From an uncultured Ohtaekwangia sp. (GTDB lineage: Bacteria; Bacteroidota; Bacteroidia; Cytophagales; Cyclobacteriaceae), in contig CAYNCP010000002.1 in the NCBI GenBank assembly GCA_964395905.1, positions 117,320 through 181,319 on the forward strand: DNA of 64,000 nucleotides, written 5' to 3'. Positions within the stretch are counted from its first letter, which is position 1. The number at the start of each line of letters is the position of its first letter. A program made the translations under genes and the position numbers. Under the pieces are notes generated by a model. The model saw only the letters and a program-made list of their open reading frames with translations. It searched no databases and was not told the origin of the DNA. Positions 28,235 to 37,423 of this stretch are shown here, one piece after another.

Positions 28235-29079
28235 TGGATGCCCCACTGGTTTCAGTGATTTGCCTTTGTTACAACCATGAGAAGTTTGTCAGTCAAGCTA
28301 TCCTTTCAGTGATTAGCCAGTCGTATCCGCGAGTTGAGATCATTGTGGTGAATGATGCCAGTACGGACAAAAGTGCGGCTGTAATTGATGCGCTGTTGCG
28401 TCAATACCCTCAAATCACATTTATAAACCTGGAAAATAATGTGGGCAATTGCAAAGCATTCAACTTGGGATTTGCCAGGTCTAAGGGCGAATACATCATT
28501 GATTTTGCTACTGATGATGTTTTACTGGAAACGAGAATACAAGAGGGAGTCGATGCCTTGGAAGCTGCTGGAACCGACTATGGCATCCAGTTTTCTGATG
28601 CAGAGCTCATTGATGAAAATGGTGAGAAGGCAGGTCTTCATTCTGACAAGCACCCGCATGCATCCATTCCATCAGGTGATATTTATTTGGAATTGATTCA
28701 TCGTTACTTTATTTGTGCTCCAACCATGCTGATTAAAAGAAAGGTATTGGAGCGGTTGAATGGATATGACGAGGCGCTCGCTTATGAAGATTTTGATTTT
28801 TGGATCAGGTCCGCTCGTGAGTTCAATTATCTCTATCTTCCTAAAGCTTTGGTCAAACGGAGAATAGTCCCTCATTCGATGAGGAGCTATCAGTTCAGGA
28901 AGGGTTCGAGCCAACTCCAATCGACATATTTGATTTGCAAAAAAATAAAAAAACTTAATAAGTCCGCAGATGAGAACATTGCACTGCGCTACCGCTTGAG
29001 GTATGAGTTGAAAGTGTGTCTCAAGTTGTTTGAAGTTGGCCTTGCCATGAAGTACGCAAAACTCTTGCTTTCGGTCTAG
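28234..29079 (+). CDS. Glycosyltransferase family 2
   Basis: LVSVICLCYN, VVNDASTD, DFATDD, YDE.LAYEDFDFW; overlaps upstream stop (TAATG). Confidence 0.9.
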   Translation: MDAPLVSVICLCYNHEKFVSQAILSVISQSYPRVEIIVVNDASTDKSAAVIDALLRQYPQITFINLENNVGNCKAFNLGFARSKGEYIIDFATDDVLLETRIQEGVDALEAAGTDYGIQFSDAELIDENGEKAGLHSDKHPHASIPSGDIYLELIHRYFICAPTMLIKRKVLERLNGYDEALAYEDFDFWIRSAREFNYLYLPKALVKRRIVPHSMRSYQFRKGSSQLQSTYLICKKIKKLNKSADENIALRYRLRYELKVCLKLFEVGLAMKYAKLLLSV

Positions 29080-29083
29080 TCGC

Positions 29084-30001
29084 TTATTTCCTGTTGTCTT
29101 CTCCAGTTACCATGCTGATATAACTTTGGTAACGACTCAGGGCTACCTCACCTTGTTCAACGGCTTTAATAATGGCGCACTCGGGTTCGTTCAGGTGAAT
29201 GCATCGCGATCCAAATTTACAGTTAAGTCGCCTGTCTCTCATCTCCGGAAAGTAATCTGAAATTTCCTGTTCATTCATATCCATAAGTCCCCACTCTTTG
29301 ACACCAGGCGTATCAATGATAAACGTGGTGGAGTTGATTTGAAACATTTCAGCAAAAGTGGTGGTATGCGTGCCTTTATCAGAAAAATTGGAGATTTCAC
29401 TCACCGATTGCTGAATGGCAGTTGAAAGTCTGTTCAGCAGAGTACTTTTGCCAACACCTGAATGACCAGCCACTAATGTGGTTTTACCGTGTATGATATC
29501 TTGAAATGCGCCAAGGTTTTCGTCATGCCAAGCTGAAATACTGATTGTTTTAACATTTATCGATTGATACAATGATTCCAATCGGTTTTGCTTTTCTTTT
29601 TCATCGGGGCTAAGCAAGTCAGATTTATTAAAAAGAAGAACCTGTGGTATTCGATACGACTCAGCGGAAACCAAAAATCGGTCAATGAATCCAAGCGAAG
29701 TGCGAGGTTGTTTAAGCGTTGCCATGAGCAGCACCTGGTCAACGTTGGCAGCAAGCACGTGTGCATGACCTGTTTTTTTTACTGACTTTCTTTCAATAAT
29801 ATTTTCTCGCTCTAATAGCTCAGTAATGTGCCCTTCTTTTTGTGTGTTGTCAAACAAAACATAGTCGCCCACTGCGATGGGATTTGACTCTTTGATGCCT
29901 TCAAGTCTTAATTTTCCTCTTGCCCTGCAGGTATATACTGTTTGATCTTCACCCAGCACATTATACCACAAGCCAGTAGACCGAATGACCCTCCCTTTCA
30001 T
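29084..30001 (-). CDS. rsgA: Ribosome small subunit-dependent GTPase A
   Basis: MKGRVIRSTG start (ATG 30001), NKSD, GHSGVGKST, HTTT, DTPG, zinc site CKF..CIH.NEP.C. Confidence 0.95.
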   Translation of the reverse strand: MKGRVIRSTGLWYNVLGEDQTVYTCRARGKLRLEGIKESNPIAVGDYVLFDNTQKEGHITELLERENIIERKSVKKTGHAHVLAANVDQVLLMATLKQPRTSLGFIDRFLVSAESYRIPQVLLFNKSDLLSPDEKEKQNRLESLYQSINVKTISISAWHDENLGAFQDIIHGKTTLVAGHSGVGKSTLLNRLSTAIQQSVSEISNFSDKGTHTTTFAEMFQINSTTFIIDTPGVKEWGLMDMNEQEISDYFPEMRDRRLNCKFGSRCIHLNEPECAIIKAVEQGEVALSRYQSYISMVTGEDNRK

Positions 30002-31245
30002 TTCCTTTGAAGCAATTGGTGGCAGTATTTTATAATCACTTCGGTGGCACCCAAATTTTCGGTAACGTACCCTTTGGTTACCTCGCAAGCGAGCAAATAA
30101 TTTTCCGGACGGCTCGTCAGCAGTTCATATTTCATTAGAAAATCATGATATTCACCCACCTCAAAGGCACCACCCCTCATGATGAGGTCTTTGGCTTCTT
30201 GAAATTTTTGATAATTCCTGTTGCCAAAGAAGATAGGGATACCATAACAGGCCGCTTCCAAAATATTATGAAGTCCCTTTCCAAATCCACCTCCTACGTA
30301 AGCATACTCACCATAGTGATATAAACTGGATAGCATACCAATGTTATCAATAATTAACACATCGGACTTTGATATTTCAGAATTGGCTTTTGAATACCTG
30401 ATAACGTCAACACTTAACGTATTTTCGATTTCATTGATGAACGACTCCCTGATTTCGTGGGGAGCGACAATGAACTTCAATTTTCCCTTTTGGCTATTTA
30501 TAAATGGAGCGAGTAATTCAATGTCCTCCGGCCAGCAACTGCCCACTACAAAAACATTGTCTGTTCCTTTGAAGGCTTCAGCCAAATCAATTTCTTTTCG
30601 CTGACTGGTGATTTGATTTACCCGATCAAAGCGCGTGTCACCTGAAATGGTCACATTATTAATGTTGATGCCATTCAGCAAATCTTTGGATTTATTATTC
30701 TGAACGAAAAAATGATTGACTTGGGTAAGCAGGGATCTGAAGAATGATCCATATGCCCGGAAGAAAATTTGATCCTCTCTGAATATGGATGATGCCGAAA
30801 TCAGCGGGATATGCTGACGAGCTAAGTTTTTGATATAGTTTGGCCAAAATTCATACTTTATGAAGATAGCAATTACAGGCTTGGTTATTTTTATGAATTT
30901 TTCCGCATTCGGTTGGGTGTCCCAGGGCAGGTAAAAGACATAGTTCGCATAGGAATAATTTTTTTTGGCTTCGTATCCGGATGGTGAAAAGAAGGTTAAT
31001 AAAATTTTGTTGCTGGGATATGTTTCTTTCAATCGCTCTATAATAGGGCGGCCTTGCTCAAATTCTCCCAGTGAGGCACAATGTATCCATATCACAGGTG
31101 CCTTTTCTGTTTGAAATGATGTTGATAACCGGGAAAAAATATGTTGACGCCCGTTTACAAATGCCCTTGCTTTCGGATTAAACAACGCTGCCAGCCGGGT
31201 TAGCCAATCAATAATAATGATGCCAATTGAATAAAGGACGTCCAT
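29998..31245 (-). CDS. waaA: 3-deoxy-D-manno-octulosonic acid (Kdo) transferase
   Basis: WIHCASLGEFEQ, LTFFSPSG, GDTRFD, DNIGMLS, GGGF..GLHNILEAA. Confidence 0.93.
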   Translation of the reverse strand: MDVLYSIGIIIIDWLTRLAALFNPKARAFVNGRQHIFSRLSTSFQTEKAPVIWIHCASLGEFEQGRPIIERLKETYPSNKILLTFFSPSGYEAKKNYSYANYVFYLPWDTQPNAEKFIKITKPVIAIFIKYEFWPNYIKNLARQHIPLISASSIFREDQIFFRAYGSFFRSLLTQVNHFFVQNNKSKDLLNGININNVTISGDTRFDRVNQITSQRKEIDLAEAFKGTDNVFVVGSCWPEDIELLAPFINSQKGKLKFIVAPHEIRESFINEIENTLSVDVIRYSKANSEISKSDVLIIDNIGMLSSLYHYGEYAYVGGGFGKGLHNILEAACYGIPIFFGNRNYQKFQEAKDLIMRGGAFEVGEYHDFLMKYELLTSRPENYLLACEVTKGYVTENLGATEVIIKYCHQLLQRK

Positions 31246-31359
31246 TTTTGAAGGTTCAGCACAAATATAGTTGTAATTGGGCGGGCAACTGAAATCGGGG
31301 CATACAAGGTGATCGTAATCTATATTTTGTTAATTTTAAACTGATTAAACTGACCAACC

Positions 31360-32367
31360 ATGAAAAAATTCTACGCAGCTGTTATTATAGTTTTCATAAC
31401 ATTTTCATTTCAGGCAAATGCCCAGGATGACATCGACAAATTTTTAGAAGAAAGTGTGGAAGATGGAGAGAAACTTATTGGAGCGTACATTTCGCCCGCA
31501 ATGAAAGCATTCAGTCTGGGGATGAATCAGGGCTGGTACAATACGGCTAAACCACATAAGATAGCGGGTATTGATTTAACATTCACAGGTAGTCTGATGA
31601 AAGTGCCTGCTGCAGAGCAGGTGTTCGATGCCGATGCGCTGGGATTAACAAATGTGACCGTGGTGGACCCCGTAACCGGACTTAAGAAGACGGATCAAAC
31701 AATGTCTACACTGTTGGGACCGGATAATCCCGCAACATTATCCTCTACCAGCACACTTGGAAATACAACCGATGATTTTGAAGCGCCTACCGGCCTGGAA
31801 TTGGGGTCAGATGTGAAGCTACTAAGGAACAAAATGCCGTCCGCCATGCTCCAACTTGGTTTTGGACTTCCGAAAGGAACCGATATTAAACTGCGCCTTA
31901 TTCCAACTGTTGATTTGGGTAATGACAGCGAATATAAATTGTTTGGAATTGGTGTAATGCATGATGTAAAGCAGCATATCCCTGGCTTGAAAAACCTTCC
32001 TTTTGATCTTTCAGCCTTAATTGGTTATACCAAAATGACAATGGACATTACCCTTGATCCAGGTCAAAGAGGACTATTTGAAGTAAAAGCAACGACCATT
32101 CAAGGTGTTATTTCCAAAAAATTATCGGTAGTTACATTTTATGGAGGACTTGGCTATAACATTGCCAAATCCAGATTGGCGTTATTGGGAGATTATGACA
32201 TCAATGGAACCAACTACACCAATCCGGTGGATCTAAGTTTTGCTGCTTCCGGCATGCGGCTTACCACCGGCATGCGCCTGAAACTGGCTGTATTTACCTT
32301 CCACGCAGATTATACCGTTCAAAAGTATAGCGCTCTTACTTTTGGGTTTGGCATTAATGTGAGATAA
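31360..32367 (+). CDS. Outer-membrane beta-barrel protein (DUF6588-like)
   Basis: Signal peptide; MNQGWYNTAKPH, GIGVMH, HADYT; alternating C-terminal beta-strands. Confidence 0.65.
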   Translation: MKKFYAAVIIVFITFSFQANAQDDIDKFLEESVEDGEKLIGAYISPAMKAFSLGMNQGWYNTAKPHKIAGIDLTFTGSLMKVPAAEQVFDADALGLTNVTVVDPVTGLKKTDQTMSTLLGPDNPATLSSTSTLGNTTDDFEAPTGLELGSDVKLLRNKMPSAMLQLGFGLPKGTDIKLRLIPTVDLGNDSEYKLFGIGVMHDVKQHIPGLKNLPFDLSALIGYTKMTMDITLDPGQRGLFEVKATTIQGVISKKLSVVTFYGGLGYNIAKSRLALLGDYDINGTNYTNPVDLSFAASGMRLTTGMRLKLAVFTFHADYTVQKYSALTFGFGINVR

Positions 32368-32373
32368 TACAAG

Positions 32374-32427
32374 AAACGGGATACTGGATACTGAGGTTAG
32401 AATCTAGTATCCCGTTTTGTTTTTTTT
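32374..32427. terminator. Bidirectional terminator between convergent genes
   Basis: AAACGGGATACT...AGTATCCCGTTT hairpin followed by a T-run. Confidence 0.75.
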
Positions 32428-33199
32428 ATTTTCCTTTAAATTCTGCTGGTCGCTTTTCAATAAAAGCCTTCATTCCTTCTTTCTGATCCTCTGAAGCAAA
32501 GGTCATGTAAAAATTCTTGCGTTCGAATGCCAGTCCCTCGTCCAACTGTGTTTCGAATGAGCGGTTGATGGCTTCCTTGCCAAGTTGAACCGCAATGGGC
32601 GACATCTGCGCAATTTCTTTTGCCAATTGAAAAGCCTCATGCATATACATTTCAACCGGCACCACTTTATTGACCAGTCCATAAAAGTGTGCTTCTTCGG
32701 CAGAGATAAATCGACCTGACAGTATCAGTTCCATGGCCTTTGCTTTGCCCACTGCTTTGGTGAGTCGTTGTGTGCCACCTGCACCGGGAATTACGCCCAG
32801 TTTGATCTCTGGCTGGCCAAACTTGGCACTTTCCGAAGCGATGATCATGTCACAGGTCATCGCCAGTTCACATCCACCACCTAGGGCAAATCCTGAGACT
32901 GCCGCTATAATGGGCTTTTTGGTTTTTCTGATTTGGTCCCAGGTACTGAACTGGTCCAGCTTCAACATATCCACCGCGCTTTTATCTGCCATTTGCTTAA
33001 TGTCGGCTCCGGCTGCAAAAGCTTTTTCATTTCCCGTAATGATGACCACCCTCACCATATCATTTTTGTCAAGCGCCAACAGTGCGTCCCGCATTTCCTG
33101 CATGAGCTGAGGATTCAATGCATTGAGTTCCTTGGGCCTGTTTAATTCAATTAATGCTACGCCAGGCTCCTGTTGTTCGGTTACTTTTATTAATTCCAT
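32426..33199 (-). CDS. Enoyl-CoA hydratase (crotonase; PaaF-like)
   Basis: LNRPKELNAL, AFAAGADI, ALGGGCELA, FGQPEI..GVIPGAGGTQRL. Confidence 0.92.
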   Translation of the reverse strand: MELIKVTEQQEPGVALIELNRPKELNALNPQLMQEMRDALLALDKNDMVRVVIITGNEKAFAAGADIKQMADKSAVDMLKLDQFSTWDQIRKTKKPIIAAVSGFALGGGCELAMTCDMIIASESAKFGQPEIKLGVIPGAGGTQRLTKAVGKAKAMELILSGRFISAEEAHFYGLVNKVVPVEMYMHEAFQLAKEIAQMSPIAVQLGKEAINRSFETQLDEGLAFERKNFYMTFASEDQKEGMKAFIEKRPAEFKGK

Positions 33200-33260
33200 T
33201 GTGTATCAATTTTGAATTCCAAAACTAAGGAATAAGTTAAATTTGGATTGAGGTAAAACA

Positions 33261-33287
33261 AGGAAAGCCCCACATGGGGGCTTTCCT
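33261..33287. other. Strong hairpin in the divergent intergenic region
   Basis: AGGAAAGCCCC-ACATG-GGGGCTTTCCT; followed by TGTTTT on the minus strand. Confidence 0.6.
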
Positions 33288-33390
33288 CTAACCAAAAGGC
33301 CAAAATAAATGCTATACTGCTATTTTATACGGTTGTTGGCAATTAGGTAACTGCTTGCATTTATTGATATTTAGCTTAAATCTCAGGTTT

Positions 33391-33861
33391 ATGAAGGTAT
33401 TATTTGTTTGTTTAGGCAACATCTGTCGCTCCCCGCTCGCAGAGGGCATTATGAAATATAAGATGGAGGCAGCAGGATTGGCTGATAAGATCGTGGTGGA
33501 TTCCTGCGGTACGTCCAACTACCATGTAGGTGACAAGCCGGATGCGAGAACAAGGAACAACGCATTGAAAAATGGAGTAAAGCTGAATCATCTGGGGCGC
33601 CAATTGAATGCCTCAGACCTGGTCGAATTTGATTTTATACTTGCCATGGACCGATCCAACCATCAAAACATCATGAGGCTGAAAAATGCAACACAATATG
33701 CTTCGAAGATAAGACTGATGCGCGAGTTTGATGCGGCATCAGGCGATGAGGTGCCTGATCCTTACTACGGGAGCGAGGATGGATTTCAAGAGGTTTTTGA
33801 AATGCTCGATCGATCTGTGGATGGGTTTATATCTTATTTAAAATCCCAAAAGTTAATTTGA
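33391..33861 (+). CDS. Low-molecular-weight protein-tyrosine phosphatase
   Basis: P-loop VCLGNICRSP, DFILAMD, VPDPYYG. Confidence 0.95.
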   Translation: MKVLFVCLGNICRSPLAEGIMKYKMEAAGLADKIVVDSCGTSNYHVGDKPDARTRNNALKNGVKLNHLGRQLNASDLVEFDFILAMDRSNHQNIMRLKNATQYASKIRLMREFDAASGDEVPDPYYGSEDGFQEVFEMLDRSVDGFISYLKSQKLI

Positions 33862-35100
33862 TTTAATCAGCACCTGCAAGGTGGAGCGAGACGATTGCTC
33901 CAATATCACTCCTTTTTGATTTCTATATTTTTCAAAGCTATTGGAGTCATAATTTTTAACTGTTATCAATGTCAGTCCTGTATTGTAGAATACTTCAAAA
34001 CGCTTACTCAGCACTTTGATAAGCGCCATGACTTTTGATTCCTTGAAATCAAGACAAAAGGAAAAGGAGATGGCTGAATTTTGCATCATATTCAATCGCA
34101 GACCCTGCGACTTCAGTGAATTGAAAATGAACTCAAGTTGGGACTCATCAATAAAGGTATAATCAGTAACGTGGCATGACACAAGGCACTGATTGTCTTT
34201 GAACACGATAAGCGGGGGAAGGTTTTTCACCACACATTCGTGAATGCGCGTGCCGGGTAAATTGACGTTATCGAAATTTTTTACATACAGATTAATGCCC
34301 TTGTTGGCGAGTGGCTTAATAGTTTTAGGATGGATAACCGATGCTCCATAGTAAGTCATTTCGGCCGCTTCCCGAAAAGGCAATTCCTCAAACGTAATGG
34401 CTGCCGGCAGTCTTTTAGGATCCGCGCTCATCACACCTGGAACATCTTTCCATATGGTTACATCTTCCGCATTTAAGCAAGAGGCGAAAATGGCAGCACT
34501 GAAATCTGAACCTTCGCGTCCAAGTGTGGTAGTCAAATGTGTGGGATCTGATCCAATAAAGCCTTGGGTAACCAACACCTTGTTTTCCAATGGAGACTGA
34601 AGTTCCTGAATATTTTTTTCAGTTTCTACCCAATTTACTTTTCCTTCCCTGAAAGTGGAGTCGGTACGTATCATTTGTCGAGCATCTATCCATTCACTAT
34701 TTATACCGATATTTTGAAAGTGTGCATTAACGATGACACTTGAAAGTAATTCGCCTGCCGATACGACCTGATCATACAGCTGGTCGTAAGAGTAATTTTG
34801 CTTCAGATGGTCAATAATTTGATTTCGGATTGCCGAAATGACAGCCAGCACGTACTCGGAGTTGTCGACTACATCATCAATGACTTTATTATGGTAACTG
34901 AGTATATCGTCAAGTGCCACTTCATAAGATTTCCCGGATTTGGCCAGCGATACAACTTTTTCCAGGGCATTGGTGGTTTTGCCCATCGCGGAGATGACAA
35001 TTAGAAGTTTTTCCTTTTTAAAGGAGCTGACAATTCGGCCTACGTTGGCGATGGAAGAGGCGTCTTTTACCGAAGCACCTCCAAATTTAAAGACCTTCAT
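33853..35100 (-). CDS. lysC: Aspartate kinase (monofunctional, ACT domains)
   Basis: KVFKFGGASV, SAMGKTTN, SAGELLS, LGREGSDFSA, WKDVPG..ADP. Confidence 0.92.
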   Translation of the reverse strand: MKVFKFGGASVKDASSIANVGRIVSSFKKEKLLIVISAMGKTTNALEKVVSLAKSGKSYEVALDDILSYHNKVIDDVVDNSEYVLAVISAIRNQIIDHLKQNYSYDQLYDQVVSAGELLSSVIVNAHFQNIGINSEWIDARQMIRTDSTFREGKVNWVETEKNIQELQSPLENKVLVTQGFIGSDPTHLTTTLGREGSDFSAAIFASCLNAEDVTIWKDVPGVMSADPKRLPAAITFEELPFREAAEMTYYGASVIHPKTIKPLANKGINLYVKNFDNVNLPGTRIHECVVKNLPPLIVFKDNQCLVSCHVTDYTFIDESQLEFIFNSLKSQGLRLNMMQNSAISFSFCLDFKESKVMALIKVLSKRFEVFYNTGLTLITVKNYDSNSFEKYRNQKGVILEQSSRSTLQVLIKSN

Positions 35101-35219
35101 AGGCTAATTTTGATTGGTTTCAAACGATTGCGGTGTATATTTGCGACCCTATGGCATTAACGGGCGAATTTAGTTTCAAAAACCCAGTAGCCCACAGAAT
35201 TAGATATATTTTAAAATAG

Positions 35220-36203
35220 ATGGAGGCATCAAGAATAGGCGAATCGATTGGTATTACACTTGATCGATTTATTAAGAACAATCAAGATCAGTTTCAATTT
35301 GCCAGCGGAGAACTTTCTCAGTTATTGCGCGACATTGCATTGGCATCAAAAGTGGTAAACCGTGAAGTGAATAAAGCCGGCCTGATTGATATTATGGGGC
35401 CGCTGGGTTCGCAAAACACGGGCGGTGAAGACCAGCAGAAGTTGGATGTTTTGGCCAATATTCGATTTAGCCGGGCGCTAAAGAAAGGAGGAGAGGTTTG
35501 TGCATTGATATCAGAAGAATCAGAATCTTTTGAAGACCTAAATAATCATGGTAAGTACGTGATTGCCATTGATCCGCTTGACGGTTCATCCAATATAGAC
35601 GTAAACGTTTCTATTGGAACAATTTTTTCAATTTACAGGCGCAAGAGTAAGGTGGGCGGTCCCATTCAGGAGGAAGATATCCTTCAAAAGGGAACGGAGC
35701 AGGTGGCTGCAGGTTATATACTCTATGGCTCATCAACCATGCTGGTTTACACCACCGGTCATGGTGTAAATGGATTTACTTTTGAGCAATCATTGGGTGA
35801 ATACTTTTTATCTCACGAGAATATGCAAATGCCTGTGGATGGTAAAATCTACTCCATTAATGAAGGGCCGTCCAATTCATTTCCTGAACAAATTAAAAAG
35901 TACCTTGAATTTTGTAAAAGTAGCAATTACACAGCCCGGTACATTGGTTCTCTTGTGGCAGACTTTCACAGGAATTTACTTAAGGGAGGGGTCTATATTT
36001 ATCCCTCTACCGCCAAAGATCCAAATGGAAAGCTGCGATTAATGTATGAATGCAATGCGCTTGCCTTTATTTCAGAGCAGGCAGGAGGAAAGGCGACAGA
36101 TGGGAAAAAACGTATTCTGGAAATATCCCCAACCACTTTGCATCAACGGGTTCCGTTTTTTGTTGGATCAAAGCATATGGTCGAAAAAGCAGAGTCTTTT
36201 TAG
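35220..36203 (+). CDS. fbp: Fructose-1,6-bisphosphatase class 1
   Basis: [45 protein letters not shown]. Confidence 0.96.
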   Translation: MEASRIGESIGITLDRFIKNNQDQFQFASGELSQLLRDIALASKVVNREVNKAGLIDIMGPLGSQNTGGEDQQKLDVLANIRFSRALKKGGEVCALISEESESFEDLNNHGKYVIAIDPLDGSSNIDVNVSIGTIFSIYRRKSKVGGPIQEEDILQKGTEQVAAGYILYGSSTMLVYTTGHGVNGFTFEQSLGEYFLSHENMQMPVDGKIYSINEGPSNSFPEQIKKYLEFCKSSNYTARYIGSLVADFHRNLLKGGVYIYPSTAKDPNGKLRLMYECNALAFISEQAGGKATDGKKRILEISPTTLHQRVPFFVGSKHMVEKAESF

Positions 36204-36206
36204 CAA

Positions 36207-36626
36207 TTACTTTTTAGCGTCTTGCTTTTCATCTTTCAGAATCTCAGGGGCATGCTTTCCGATAATGCCATACCATTTGACCAGTTTTTTGATGTCAGAA
36301 ACATACACTCGATTTTCATCATAGTCAGGCAGCACGGATTTTAGAAAGGCTTTCAGTTCATTGCCTTCGGCATCAGCCTCCAAACCCAGATCATCTCCAA
36401 ACTCAGCATGGATTTTTTTTAATACTTCCGCCAATGGAGTAGTTCCCTCCTTGGTGTTGGTGTAAATTGAGATTTCATCCAAAATCGAAACTTTGTGGGA
36501 CCCGGTAGCCACCAGTTTGGTTTTGGCTTCGTCCATTGATTCCATTATCAGTCCTGATTTGGCCGGCTTTAACACTTTGAACAATCCTCCCTTTCCGGTT
36601 ACTGATGCAATTTCACTTAGTTTCAT
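36207..36626 (-). CDS. DUF5606-like conserved Bacteroidota protein
   Basis: IASVTGKGGLFK, LDEISIYT, RVYVSDIKKLVKWY. Confidence 0.75.
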   Translation of the reverse strand: MKLSEIASVTGKGGLFKVLKPAKSGLIMESMDEAKTKLVATGSHKVSILDEISIYTNTKEGTTPLAEVLKKIHAEFGDDLGLEADAEGNELKAFLKSVLPDYDENRVYVSDIKKLVKWYGIIGKHAPEILKDEKQDAKK

Positions 36627-36664
36627 TTTAGGTTTGATTTTATTGAAGGGCCAAAACTAGTAAT

Positions 36665-37264
36665 TTATAGAAGACCCTTCATGGCTTTATGAATAAAATC
36701 CAAGAGCTCTTTGTTGCCGATTTTTTTTTCTGCAGAGGTAACAAAGATAGGCGGAAGATCTTCCCAGGATTCAAGTAATTTCTTTTTGTAGCGTGCTACT
36801 GATTTTGCCAACTCATTTCTTTTAAGTTTATCTGACTTAGTAAGCACCGCAGCCAGCGGAATGCCTCGTTCTCCAAGCCAGGTGAGAAACTCAATGTCTT
36901 TTTTTTGTGGCTCATGCCGGGCGTCCATTAACACAAATGTGCAATACAGGTTTTCCCGCTTTAGCAGATAATTTTCAATCATGGCTCCCCATCCTTTACG
37001 GGCTGTTCTGCTTACTCCGGCATACCCATAACCGGGAAGGTCAACCAGGTACCAGGCATCATTGACTTTAAAATGGTTGATTGTTTGTGTTTTGCCCGGC
37101 TTGCCGGAGGTTTTGGCGAGGTCCTTGCGATTGGTAAGCAGATTAATCAAGGAAGACTTTCCTACATTCGATCTGCCAATAAATGCAAACTCTGGCATAT
37201 CAGGCTTTGGGCACTTGCTTAGTTCAGTATTGCTAATTACAAATTCTGCTGACTTGATGATCAT
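36665..37264 (-). CDS. engB: Ribosome biogenesis GTPase YihA/YsxC/EngB
   Basis: GRSNVGKSS, PGKTQ, DLPGYG, TKSDK. Confidence 0.95.
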   Translation of the reverse strand: MIIKSAEFVISNTELSKCPKPDMPEFAFIGRSNVGKSSLINLLTNRKDLAKTSGKPGKTQTINHFKVNDAWYLVDLPGYGYAGVSRTARKGWGAMIENYLLKRENLYCTFVLMDARHEPQKKDIEFLTWLGERGIPLAAVLTKSDKLKRNELAKSVARYKKKLLESWEDLPPIFVTSAEKKIGNKELLDFIHKAMKGLL

Positions 37265-37423
37265 GGATCTATTGACTAAAAAGGTTACGAAATTAGGCTT
37301 TTGAGCAGCCCCATGTACCTTAATCTCCTTAATTTTAGGCCTTCTTTCTGGAAGATTTTGCTAAATTGCTAAAATTGAGAGGTAGTTTTTTGTGTTATCA
37401 ACGACCAAAATCATTTTTTGAGC

